The translations under genes were made by a program, and so were the position numbers. Positions 35,476-42,634 of a stretch of DNA of 64,000 bases are shown here, piece after piece (the stretch's first letter is position 1; each line of letters begins with the position of its first letter). The stretch lies in IMG/VR virus record IMGVR_UViG_3300020429_000539, positions 44,263-108,262 of that record. One strand, 5' to 3'. Source of the stretch: a virus (taxonomy: Duplodnaviria; Heunggongvirae; Uroviricota; Caudoviricetes). Below the pieces are notes generated by a model. It was not told the DNA's origin. It was given only the letters and a program-made list of their open reading frames with translations, and did not search any database.

Positions 35476-35817
35476 TTAGAGTTTATCTATCTGGCAGTCA
35501 GATGCAACAACATGGTTGCGAACCTGAATGTCAGATATGTCTGCGTTATCTGCGATATGAACCTTCGAGAAGCAGCAGCATTCTCCGTAAGGGTCATATG
35601 GGTCTACTGCGCCGCAACAGTATGGGTCATACGGATCGTATGGATCATACGGATCTCCGTCGTGACATGCGCAGCCGTTTGTATGGTTTTCTACGACGAA
35701 ACAAAGGCCGTAGACGTTGCAGAGCTTGTTGTATTGCACGAGGAATGCTTCGATTTGCTGTGGTGTTGCCATAAGATGTTTTCTCCTGTAAAAGCGAATC
35801 AGATGGTTGCTGTTCAC
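35476..35817 (-). CDS. Cys-rich small protein with DPY tandem repeats
   Basis: CHDG(DPY)4CCGAV(DPY)2GECCCF. Confidence 0.5.
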   Translation of the reverse strand: MNSNHLIRFYRRKHLMATPQQIEAFLVQYNKLCNVYGLCFVVENHTNGCACHDGDPYDPYDPYDPYCCGAVDPYDPYGECCCFSKVHIADNADISDIQVRNHVVASDCQIDKL

Positions 35818-35862
35818 TTATGAGGAAACGTCGAGGCAAACCTTTGTTGCGTCTCAAATAAA

Positions 35863-35947
35863 TTGGGCCGACAGGACTCGAACCTGCATAGGACTTTTCG
35901 TCCCCCGATTATCAGTCGGGTGCTTAACCAATTCAGCGCACGACCCA
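35863..35947 (-). tRNA. tRNA-Ile(GAU) with a long variable arm
   Basis: CCCGA-CTGATAA-TCGGG followed by GGAC-GAAAA-GTCC. Confidence 0.8.
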
Positions 35948-35955
35948 AACTAAAG

Positions 35956-36027
35956 TCCACCTAGCAGGACTTGAACCTGCGACACATCGGTTATCAGCCG
36001 ATTGCTCTGCCACTGAGCTATAGGTGG
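35956..36027 (-). tRNA. tRNA-Ile(GAU)
   Basis: ATCGG-CTGATAA-CCGAT. Confidence 0.9.
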
Positions 36028-36031
36028 GAAA

Positions 36032-36104
36032 CTCCCCGAGCAGGGCTCGAACCTGCGACACGGTGGTTAACAGCCACCCGCTCTACCAACTGAGCTATCG
36101 GGGA
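36032..36104 (-). tRNA. tRNA-Asn(GUU)
   Basis: GGTGG-CTGTTAA-CCACC. Confidence 0.9.
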
Positions 36105-36107
36105 AAC

Positions 36108-36228
36108 AGAACAGATAAGGGGTTAGCATTGGCGTTTTTACCCCCAGCATTTCTTGCTTCACAGACAAGCGCTTTGGGCATTTTGAATAAGGATCAAAGT
36201 GATAACCAAAAACTATTCGACCTGTTCT
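36108..36228 (-). ncRNA. Y-RNA-like RNA (linear type)
   Basis: Stem AGAACAGG/TCTGTTCT; GTCGAATAG...GGTTATC; 3' CCCTTA. Confidence 0.7.
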
Positions 36229-36232
36229 AAAA

Positions 36233-36315
36233 AGACTGGTGTGGGATTCGAACCCACGTAGGGGACATGCCCCGCAGGTTAACAGCCTGCCGCTTAACCG
36301 CTCAGCCAACCAGTC
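36233..36315 (-). tRNA. tRNA-Asn(GUU) with a long variable arm
   Basis: GCAGG-CTGTTAA-CCTGC followed by GGGG-CATGT-CCCC. Confidence 0.8.
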
Positions 36316-36319
36316 AAAC

Positions 36320-36434
36320 TTGCAAGTAAGGGAGTGGTAACGGAAATGCCCCCAAAGGGCGCTTCCCCATGAGTTGTGAAAGCGGGGAAGATAAGAGTCG
36401 AACTTACAGATAACCGTCGCCTATCGACTTGCAA
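36320..36434 (-). ncRNA. YrlA-like Y RNA (Ro stem, T arm, loop-closed acceptor-like stem, D-like arm)
   Basis: TTGCAAG/CTTGCAA stem; GTCGATAG...GGTTATC; GTAAG-TTCGACT-CTTAT; CTTCCCC/GGGGAAG closed by a loop; CCCTTAC. Confidence 0.75.
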
Positions 36435-36549
36435 ATATCTTATTTGCCTAGGGAAAACACCTGATTGTTATACAGTAATGGATATTCCTAAAGGCTCTGA
36501 AGCCTAGCAATCTCAACTAGAAACACGAGATTGTTTTGAAAGGGAATCA

Positions 36550-37467
36550 ATGACACGAAACTGTATGACTTTCAACTGTAGACCAGGCTTCAGCCATTGG
36601 GACCAAAATCTAGGACTAAACCGAAGATGGGCCTCAGATGACGAGGATTTGTTTCCATGGCTTGAGGACAACTTAGATGCCGCGTTTGACGCGGGTATCA
36701 GAGAGTTCAAGTTCCAACTACCAACAGGTAAATACCGTTGGGAAGTCGAGCAGCCCTTCGTGATGGCCTCTCGTTTTCCTGTAGGAAGACTCAAGAACTT
36801 GGAGGCCCTCTTTGGTAAGTATCGTTCTCAAGACGCTGATGTCACCTTTACAGTCCGTTCTGGCTTTTGGTTCTCTCACTACGATGATACAACAGGAGAT
36901 GTTATCTCGAACAGAGGCAGCAAGGCTTACTGGCCTATCAACGCACAGTCCGAAACAGATGAAGACTTTGACCGTGCTATGGATTACTTGGCCGGTCTCG
37001 TCGAAGGGCTGAATCCAACCTTTGACGCCATTGATTTTGACGCTTTGTGCTGGCTTGGCTGGGAGAAGACTTCCGTTGTTCTTGAAGCTCTCAACGAACG
37101 ACTAAACTTCCGTTACATAGGCGGAGAGTTGCCTGGTCCTTACGCTTTTAAGAATGGCTCCAACGAAGAGTGGTTTGATGTTGTTGAGAACTTTATGCCA
37201 GAGAAAACTCGCTGGTCTATAAAGGGCATTCATAGGCTCAATAACCGAATGCACCGCAATCCTCGTGTCTGGGTCTTTGACAATGAAAAGACAGATGAGA
37301 TTGTGAGGGCTGGTGTCAATATCGACTATTGGTCAGGTAGCTACCAAGATAGCATCGGAGACAAGCTTGTTGACAAATCAAGTCGCATCATCAATGCTAA
37401 GGCTGTTCGCATTAGTTCCGCGAGGGTAAGCGGTTCTATAAGGAACGTTGCTCGTAAGCGATTGTAA
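36550..37467 (+). CDS. hypothetical protein, paralogous to 8398-9582, on the opposite strand within the tRNA array
   Basis: 305 aa; GIREFKFQLPTGK, AIDFDA, YIGGELP motifs. Confidence 0.6.
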   Translation: MTRNCMTFNCRPGFSHWDQNLGLNRRWASDDEDLFPWLEDNLDAAFDAGIREFKFQLPTGKYRWEVEQPFVMASRFPVGRLKNLEALFGKYRSQDADVTFTVRSGFWFSHYDDTTGDVISNRGSKAYWPINAQSETDEDFDRAMDYLAGLVEGLNPTFDAIDFDALCWLGWEKTSVVLEALNERLNFRYIGGELPGPYAFKNGSNEEWFDVVENFMPEKTRWSIKGIHRLNNRMHRNPRVWVFDNEKTDEIVRAGVNIDYWSGSYQDSIGDKLVDKSSRIINAKAVRISSARVSGSIRNVARKRL

Positions 37468-37468
37468 A

Positions 37469-37540
37469 TACCCCGAGAGGGATTCGAACCCCCGACAAAG
37501 TGGTTAAGAGCCACCTGCTCTGCCGCTGAGCTACCGAGGT
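37469..37540 (-). tRNA. tRNA-Lys(CUU)
   Basis: GTGG-CTCTTAA-CCAC. Confidence 0.9.
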
Positions 37541-37544
37541 AAAA

Positions 37545-37620
37545 GTGGGTTGCCAGAGATTCGAACTCTGAAGACTCCTGGGTAAGAACCAGGTGCTTTA
37601 CCTAATAAGCTTGCAACCCA
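37545..37620 (-). tRNA. tRNA-Lys(CUU)
   Basis: CCTGG-TTCTTAC-CCAGG. Confidence 0.85.
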
Positions 37621-37625
37621 TGAAA

Positions 37626-37699
37626 CGAGGATGAAGGGATTCGAACCCTCAGTCGCCAGATCGACAATCTGGTGCATTAACCGATTATGCTACATCCCC
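37626..37699 (-). tRNA. tRNA-Asp(GUC)
   Basis: CCAGA-TTGTCGA-TCTGG. Confidence 0.9.
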
Positions 37700-37710
37700 A
37701 AAGATGAAAG

Positions 37711-37794
37711 TGGGCCAGACAGGATTTGAACCTGCGCATGTCGCCGGGTTTCAACCGACCGCTCTACCATTGCTTGCGCTTGAGCTACTGACCC
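37711..37794 (-). tRNA. tRNA-Phe(GAA) with an enlarged D loop
   Basis: D loop AAGCGCAAGCAATGGTA (contains a GC-GCAA-GC mini-hairpin); anticodon loop TTGAAAC. Confidence 0.7.
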
Positions 37795-37890
37795 TTTTCT
37801 GGTGGGTTGCAACCCACCAGAGCCCACTTGTCTGCGTTATTTATACTCGTCAAGTGGTCCCACGAGTACGGCCAACCGGCAGCCGTTAAG

Positions 37891-37973
37891 GGTGATCGAC
37901 GGGATTCGAACCCGCATTGTCGTTGCCGACCCTGGACCACAACCAGGTGCATTACCAATCTGCCACGACCACC
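37891..37973 (-). tRNA. tRNA-His(GUG) with a long variable arm
   Basis: Encoded G-1 and C73; CCTGG-TTGTGGT-CCAGG followed by GTCG-GCAA-CGAC. Confidence 0.8.
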
Positions 37974-37979
37974 ATCTAA

Positions 37980-38139
37980 AGACAGGTATCCGCAACTTGA
38001 AGGACCAGAGGAACGGTCGTTTACTCGACGCCTCCGCTCTTGGCTACCCTTCGGGCAAGGGTTCCCGTTTACGCTCACGAGTTCGCTAACGGTTCACCTA
38101 TTGCTTTTGTATAGCGCTGAGCCTCCTGCGCTACTGTCT
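37980..38139 (-). ncRNA. candidate long-hairpin RNA (6S-like?)
   Basis: Nested complementary segments AGACAG/CTGTCT, GGAGG/CCTTC, GAAC/GTTC, CGTT/AACG, ACTCG/CGAGT around an A-rich bubble; fills the gap between two tRNAs. Confidence 0.35.
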
Positions 38140-38144
38140 GAAAG

Positions 38145-38216
38145 GGTGACTGACGGGATTTGAACCCGCATAAGACTGCTTCACAAGCAGTTGCATTACC
38201 AATCTGCCACAGCCAC
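38145..38216 (-). tRNA. tRNA-His(GUG)
   Basis: ACTGC-TTGTGAA-GCAGT; C73. Confidence 0.85.
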
Positions 38217-38218
38217 AA

Positions 38219-38292
38219 TGCCGATAGCAGGACTTGAACCTGCGCTGACGGAGCTTATGAGACTCCCGCTCTACCAACTGAGCTATACCGGC
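38219..38292 (-). tRNA. tRNA(CAU), Met or Ile2
   Basis: GGAG-T-CTCATAA-G-CTCC. Confidence 0.85.
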
Positions 38293-38296
38293 TACT

Positions 38297-38450
38297 GTTA
38301 GAACTTCCCGTAAGCGGGATCCTGTTTTATCCCATCATTTCTCTAGCGGCCCTTACCCGACCATCATTGCGTCACACCCGCGCTCCGGTCTGTTTAGGTT
38401 GCTACCTCTGCGGTCCAAACGGCTGTTTAGGCCTCCCCCATTCGCGAAGT
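38297..38450 (-). pseudogene. 3' part of a split RNase P RNA
   Basis: GAGAAATGATGGG...ACAGGATCCCGCTTAC-GGGAAGTTCTAAC; supplies the P2, P4 and P1 strands complementary to 39936-40011. Confidence 0.75.
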
Positions 38451-38454
38451 GCAG

Positions 38455-38769
38455 CTATACAAGCTGCGAAACGAGATTTCTCGCCAAATCTATGTCATCC
38501 GCATTCAGCATGCGATTGTTTGGCTCGGAAATGAGTAGAACCTTTTCTACTTCCCAGCAGTTATATGCATCCCAATCCCAACCATCATGAGATATTGAAG
38601 AAACGCCTTCATAAGGAGTTGCATTGCCGATGATGAGCATTTTTGGTATAGCAGAACCATCATTCTTGAGGTATATTATCATACCGGGCTGTAGCCCATG
38701 CAGTCGGATAAAATCCCCAAGCATAACTTTTGTCTTCGACAGGTCATGTATGATTTGAGTTTCCATCAT
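38455..38769 (-). CDS. hypothetical protein inside the RNase P insertion
   Basis: 104 aa with a TGAAAGG SD-like sequence upstream. Confidence 0.55.
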   Translation of the reverse strand: MMETQIIHDLSKTKVMLGDFIRLHGLQPGMIIYLKNDGSAIPKMLIIGNATPYEGVSSISHDGWDWDAYNCWEVEKVLLISEPNNRMLNADDIDLARNLVSQLV

Positions 38770-38782
38770 TGCCTTTCATTTA

Positions 38783-39044
38783 TTGGAAAAGAAATAAGCT
38801 CATAGCCAGGGTTCTGTTTCAACCTCTTCATTTATCTCATTCCGAAGAATGGCAAGCGTTTATAGCCTGCTGCCCGCTACCCGCCGGATCGTGCTGCTCA
38901 CCCACTACGGCCTATATGCGGTTAGTCCCTCGGTAGTCCAAACGGCTTATTCAGCCTCCTACCTTGTTAGCAGTGGACCCCTGAACTTCCTCACCAACAT
39001 GGTTTTCCCTTGCGGCGCGAAGAGTCGGCCCATTCCTTTTCCAA
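38783..39044 (-). ncRNA. rnpB: compact RNase P RNA (intact inner copy)
   Basis: 17-bp P1 (TTGGAAAAGGAATGGGC/GCTTATTTCTTTTCCAA); P2 CTCTTC/GAAGAG; P4 GAGGAAGTTCAGGG/ACAGAACCCTGGCTA; AGATAAATGA joining motif. Confidence 0.8.
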
Positions 39045-39889
39045 TTCCTTTGATAACACCTATTAGAACAGAAATAACGACTATTGGTTTCGGTGTCGTA
39101 TTCTACTCCGCATTCTTTACACTTGCGGCCTTTGTAACTCTGCTTAACGATTGAATCCCATTTGTAAGCGAAACAAGACAGAGGACAAGGGCCTATGAAT
39201 TCAAAGAACTCGAAAACACTTCGATTCGGAATCAATATCCTGTTTCTTTGGGCTACGGAAGACTCTACTCCTACTCCTTCGAGTTTGCCCGTCAAGATAT
39301 GCAAGCTTTCACTGTTAAAACTATCTGTGCAAAGCCAAATGCCTCGTTCATTATCAAGACTCCCATCTCCGAGAAACCAATGCAAGGCAGTTAAGGGCTT
39401 CATTGACAAATCTTGAGGCACTTGTTTGCCTTCAGTTGTATACCAGACATTGTGAAGCAATGTCATCGTGGGGCTGTTTCTGGTCCGAAGATAGAATGCT
39501 TTTTTGCAATGAACTTTTCGACCTAGTATTGATGACTCATGAGCTTTCCGACTAGATTTGCGAAGAGGGAAGGACAATGAGTCTGATAGGAAATCACTAT
39601 ACTCCTCATGGATTGAGGCGTGTATTAGTTGGTAGTTCTTTGCCCGGCTTGATTTACTAATACATCCGTCAGATAGTAAAAGACCATTCAGTATTTCTTG
39701 GTCTTCTTGATTCAGTTCGAAGGTATTTTCGGCTTGTATCTTAGCAAACCTGCAATCTTTGCTGCAAAACTTTGTAGCCTTGTCTTTGCGGGCAAGGAAA
39801 GATGTTGAGCAAGATTCACAAGACCTTTCAATAAACTGATGATTACCGTCAGTCCAATGACCAAACTCTGTTTTTCGTAGTTTCCCCAT
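38951..39889 (-). CDS. LAGLIDADG homing endonuclease with zinc-finger termini
   Basis: ILNGLLLSDGCI and ALHWFLGDGSL motifs; CxxC...FCS fingers at both ends; own TATAAT about 25 nt upstream. Confidence 0.85.
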   Translation of the reverse strand: MGKLRKTEFGHWTDGNHQFIERSCESCSTSFLARKDKATKFCSKDCRFAKIQAENTFELNQEDQEILNGLLLSDGCISKSSRAKNYQLIHASIHEEYSDFLSDSLSFPLRKSSRKAHESSILGRKVHCKKAFYLRTRNSPTMTLLHNVWYTTEGKQVPQDLSMKPLTALHWFLGDGSLDNERGIWLCTDSFNSESLHILTGKLEGVGVESSVAQRNRILIPNRSVFEFFEFIGPCPLSCFAYKWDSIVKQSYKGRKCKECGVEYDTETNSRYFCSNRCYQRNWKRNGPTLRAARENHVGEEVQGSTANKVGG

Positions 39890-39935
39890 TGTATTATCCT
39901 TTCTATCAGATATTATACATACAAAGGGGAGAACT

Positions 39936-40011
39936 CCTTCTTGCAGTCCCGACTTTCCTCTCGTCCGTATGGAATCAGTGACGGATAGAGCGATGGGTCG
40001 GAAGTTCTAAC
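39936..40011 (-). pseudogene. 5' part of the split RNase P RNA
   Basis: GTTAGAACTTCC (P1), CCCATC (P2), a P3 hairpin and GAGGAAAGTCGGGAC (P4). Confidence 0.75.
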
Positions 40012-40027
40012 CAGTTTATCTCGAAAA

Positions 40028-40151
40028 AGCCTGCGTCAGGATTCGAACCTGAACAACCTCTGTTGCAAAGAGATAACCTTCTATCCATCGACTCCAAGGA
40101 GTAAGGGGCGGCAGAAGACCGTTTAGCATGCTACCATTACATCACACAGGC
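40028..40151 (-). ncRNA. tRNA-shaped RNA containing a permuted Y-RNA-like module
   Basis: Acceptor GCCTGTG/CGCAGGC; insert CCTTA-CTC-CTTG-GAG-TCGATGG...GGTTATC, then CTCT-TTGCAAC-AGAG; T arm TCAGG-TTCGAAT-CCTGA. Confidence 0.7.
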
Positions 40152-40153
40152 AT

Positions 40154-40378
40154 TCAATCAGTTTTTGCTTTATGACCGCAGTTGCGGCAGCAAATCGTTT
40201 TGTTTGTATGCCCCACGTTGCAGTCGGGACAGTAAATGAAACCGTATTTTTCACGAAGCTTCATAGCTCTTTCGTGACTTGCTCGCAGTCTTTCTTTCCA
40301 TGCGGGCGAATCCCAATCTTCTTCGTAAGGCCAATCTGCTGGTCGTTTCCAGCCAGGATTTCTGAGTCTGTCATTCAT
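40154..40378 (-). CDS. small zinc-finger protein
   Basis: MNDRL...YCPDC...CCRNCG; start trimmed to avoid the RNA gene. Confidence 0.5.
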   Translation of the reverse strand: MNDRLRNPGWKRPADWPYEEDWDSPAWKERLRASHERAMKLREKYGFIYCPDCNVGHTNKTICCRNCGHKAKTD

Positions 40379-40391
40379 GACAATCTCCAAA

Positions 40392-40511
40392 AGCGCCGAG
40401 CAGGACTCGAACCTGCAACCCACAATGGATGTTAACCGTTGCTCTTCGGCTTCGAAAAGCAAGTTGACGAGGACGGTGGAAATTGTTGCTCTACCATTGA
40501 GCTACCGGCGC
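40392..40511 (-). ncRNA. tRNA-shaped RNA whose anticodon loop is replaced by a permuted Y-RNA-like module
   Basis: Acceptor GCGCCGG/CTCGGCGC; anticodon stem ACAAT/ATTGT encloses CTTG-CTT-TTCG-AAG-CCGAAG...GGTTAAC. Confidence 0.7.
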
Positions 40512-40516
40512 TAAAC

Positions 40517-40945
40517 TTACCAACTGACCGTAAAGGCGAGTTTGCCTTTGTGAGACTCAAGGAAGTCGATGACTTCTTGTTGGCTGGTGACGCTGTAGGC
40601 AGTCTTGTTCTCGTGTCCGAGAGCTTCTTTGACCTTGGCAATCAACTCGTCATCAATCTTAACGAACTCTTCTCCTTCGTTGATGATCTCAGAGATGGCT
40701 CCAACAGGATCAGGAATGAAGGTTTTGTTGTCTTCGAACAGAGCCGCTTTTAGCCAGGAAACTTCGCCAACCCAGACGTTCGGAAGAGAAGAGATAATGG
40801 AGTAACTATCCATTTCTTCGTCTCTATTCCTGTTGCGGTCTAGGTTGAAGTACTTGGAGCCGAGGGTTCCGCTGAAGAAGTCTTCAAAGACAGCTTCTTC
40901 AACTTCTCCTTCAGCGAAGACATGGATATGCAAATCTGCTGCCAT
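40517..40945 (-). CDS. hypothetical protein
   Basis: 142 aa; AAGGAG SD. Confidence 0.65.
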   Translation of the reverse strand: MAADLHIHVFAEGEVEEAVFEDFFSGTLGSKYFNLDRNRNRDEEMDSYSIISSLPNVWVGEVSWLKAALFEDNKTFIPDPVGAISEIINEGEEFVKIDDELIAKVKEALGHENKTAYSVTSQQEVIDFLESHKGKLAFTVSW

Positions 40946-40964
40946 TGTTGTTTCTCCTTGTAAG

Positions 40965-41052
40965 TGGGAGAGACAGGAATCGAACCTGCAAAGACTTACT
41001 TTGATGCGGGACGTTTACAGCGTCCTGGGCTCACCACCTGCCCAACTCTCCC
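40965..41052 (-). tRNA. tRNA-Tyr(GUA)
   Basis: GGACG-CTGTAAA-CGTCC; long variable arm. Confidence 0.85.
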
Positions 41053-41057
41053 AAAAG

Positions 41058-41140
41058 TCCACCGGGAGGGACTCGAACCCCCAAACCCGAAAGGGAACAG
41101 ATTTACAGTCTGTCTGCGTTACCAATTTGCATACCGATGG
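41058..41140 (-). tRNA. tRNA-Tyr(GUA)
   Basis: ACAGA-CTGTAAA-TCTGT; long variable arm. Confidence 0.9.
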
Positions 41141-41143
41141 AAA

Positions 41144-41216
41144 AGCCATCACAGAAGGAATCGAACCCTCGCCTCTTCCCTATCGTGGAAGTGTGCCCAT
41201 TTACACCATAGATAAC
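41144..41216 (-). pseudogene. degenerate tRNA
   Basis: CTTCC-ACGATAG-GGAAG arm with a non-canonical loop; T arm present; acceptor disrupted. Confidence 0.4.
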
Positions 41217-41372
41217 TACCGTCTTTTCCGGTTGTCACAGGTCTTTCCCTTGTCTCTTGCTTACTGCATATGAACTGATCAGGTTCAGGGAAGCAATCGG
41301 CCTAAGTTTACCGACCCTCTTTCTATCTCGGGGTGTTGCCCAAGATAAAGGCGTGTGGGTTATACCTTGAAG

Positions 41373-41446
41373 TGGAAGCGACGAGATTCGAACTCGCAAT
41401 ACTCTTGGTTGCAAACCAAGCGCTTTACCTGATAAGCTTCGCCCCC
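41373..41446 (-). tRNA. tRNA-Ala(UGC)
   Basis: CTTGG-TTTGCAA-CCAAG; G3:U70. Confidence 0.9.
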
Positions 41447-41450
41447 ATAA

Positions 41451-42251
41451 TCAGTGCGGATTGACCCAGTGTTGCAATCCGTCTTCTGTCATTCTTTCTC
41501 CGTATTCGGTTTGAATCCATTGACGGAAAGGAAGATTGGCTATACAAGTCCAACCCCAATCTCGAAAAAGGTTTTCTATGCTCGTATGAATCGATTCGCT
41601 GTGCGTTCCGATGAGAACTCTGCGAACTCGCTTCATGCTCTGTTTATGTTGTTCAAAGAGGCCTTTTTCGCCGCTTTGGATGTCGCAATCAAGGAGGTCT
41701 ACAGTTCCGTGCCTCTCAATGATTTCTGTCAGGTCTATTCTTGGATAAGCAAGCCCTTTCATATAGCAATTGTTGATATATCCAACCAAGACTTCATGGT
41801 TTAGTTGTTGATAGTCGTCGAGTTTGTTTTCAACAAACGTTCTTATGAGAGCCTTGAGCGAGTCGGGATGACTTTCAATACTCGTAATTCTCATGGGCAA
41901 GTTTTTATGTTGCTTGTTTGCTTCACAAGCAAATGCTTCCCACCGACCTTGATAGGCCCCTAGCTTTATCAGAGAGTAGTTCTTTTCTGCGCTGAGGATG
42001 GACTGTAGTAGCGCGACATATTCGTAGTAATCGTCGCAGTTGGCATACCGAGGGCTCTTGCTAACCTGTCTTATAGCTTTAGTAACGTATTTGTAGTGGA
42101 TCTCTTTTTCTATCAATGGGAAAGACGATTGAAGAAACTTAGAACCAAGAAAGTTTGTGATCCATGTCTCATCTTCTTTGTATCCGTCTTGACGGAAGCT
42201 AGCAAAGCAAGGATCGATATTGTCGTAGGGTATGTTGTTGAAAAACTTCAT
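41451..42251 (-). CDS. FkbM-like methyltransferase
   Basis: LIKLGAYQGRW, ITSIE, VDLLDCDIQSGE, VLIGTHS. Confidence 0.65.
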   Translation of the reverse strand: MKFFNNIPYDNIDPCFASFRQDGYKEDETWITNFLGSKFLQSSFPLIEKEIHYKYVTKAIRQVSKSPRYANCDDYYEYVALLQSILSAEKNYSLIKLGAYQGRWEAFACEANKQHKNLPMRITSIESHPDSLKALIRTFVENKLDDYQQLNHEVLVGYINNCYMKGLAYPRIDLTEIIERHGTVDLLDCDIQSGEKGLFEQHKQSMKRVRRVLIGTHSESIHTSIENLFRDWGWTCIANLPFRQWIQTEYGERMTEDGLQHWVNPH

Positions 42252-42270
42252 ACCCGTTTATCGACCGAAG

Positions 42271-42343
42271 TGGAGTTAAGGAGATTCGAACTCCTGGCCT
42301 ATTGCATGCCATGCAATCGCTCTACCAACTGAGCTATAACCCC
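42271..42343 (-). tRNA. tRNA-Ala(GGC)
   Basis: ATTGC-ATGGCAT-GCAAT; G3:U70. Confidence 0.9.
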
Positions 42344-42348
42344 ATAAG

Positions 42349-42423
42349 TGGAACAGGTCGGATTTGAACCGACGACACGCGGTTCTTCAGACCGCTGCTA
42401 CTACCAGGCTGAGCTACTGTTCC
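42349..42423 (-). tRNA. tRNA-Phe(GAA)
   Basis: GCGGT-CTGAAGA-ACCGC. Confidence 0.9.
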
Positions 42424-42431
42424 ATAGTAAG

Positions 42432-42504
42432 TGGAGCCAAGGAGACTCGAACTCCTAACCCTTTGCTTGCAAAGCAAATGCGCTACCAGTTGCGCCATGG
42501 CCCC
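42432..42504 (-). tRNA. tRNA-Ala(UGC)
   Basis: TTTGC-TTTGCAA-GCAAA. Confidence 0.9.
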
Positions 42505-42634
42505 AAAATCCTGAAACAAAGCGTTCAACAAGACTGTCATGCAAGACCCGCCAAGGCGCAAGCATCGTCCTTTGTATCTAGTGCCTGTTTCAGCCTTGCT
42601 CTCTTGAGTATTGGCGTACTCTCAACAAGGGAAA

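Larger units (their letters stand above)
38451..39935 (-). mobile_element. LAGLIDADG cassette carrying a replacement RNase P RNA, inserted in rnpB
   Basis: Flanked by complementary rnpB pieces; contains a LAGLIDADG gene, an intact compact rnpB and an ORF. Confidence 0.65.

Noticed and set aside
38451-39935. Group I intron explanation for the LAGLIDADG insertion
   Set aside because: I could not find group I core (P7/R-S) elements, and the non-coding space is accounted for by a second RNase P RNA. A formal Infernal search is still needed.
41230-41340. TPP riboswitch resemblance (CCCTGAACCTGATC...AGGGAA)
   Set aside because: The P2/P3-UGAGA arrangement is not convincing and no thiamine-related gene follows.
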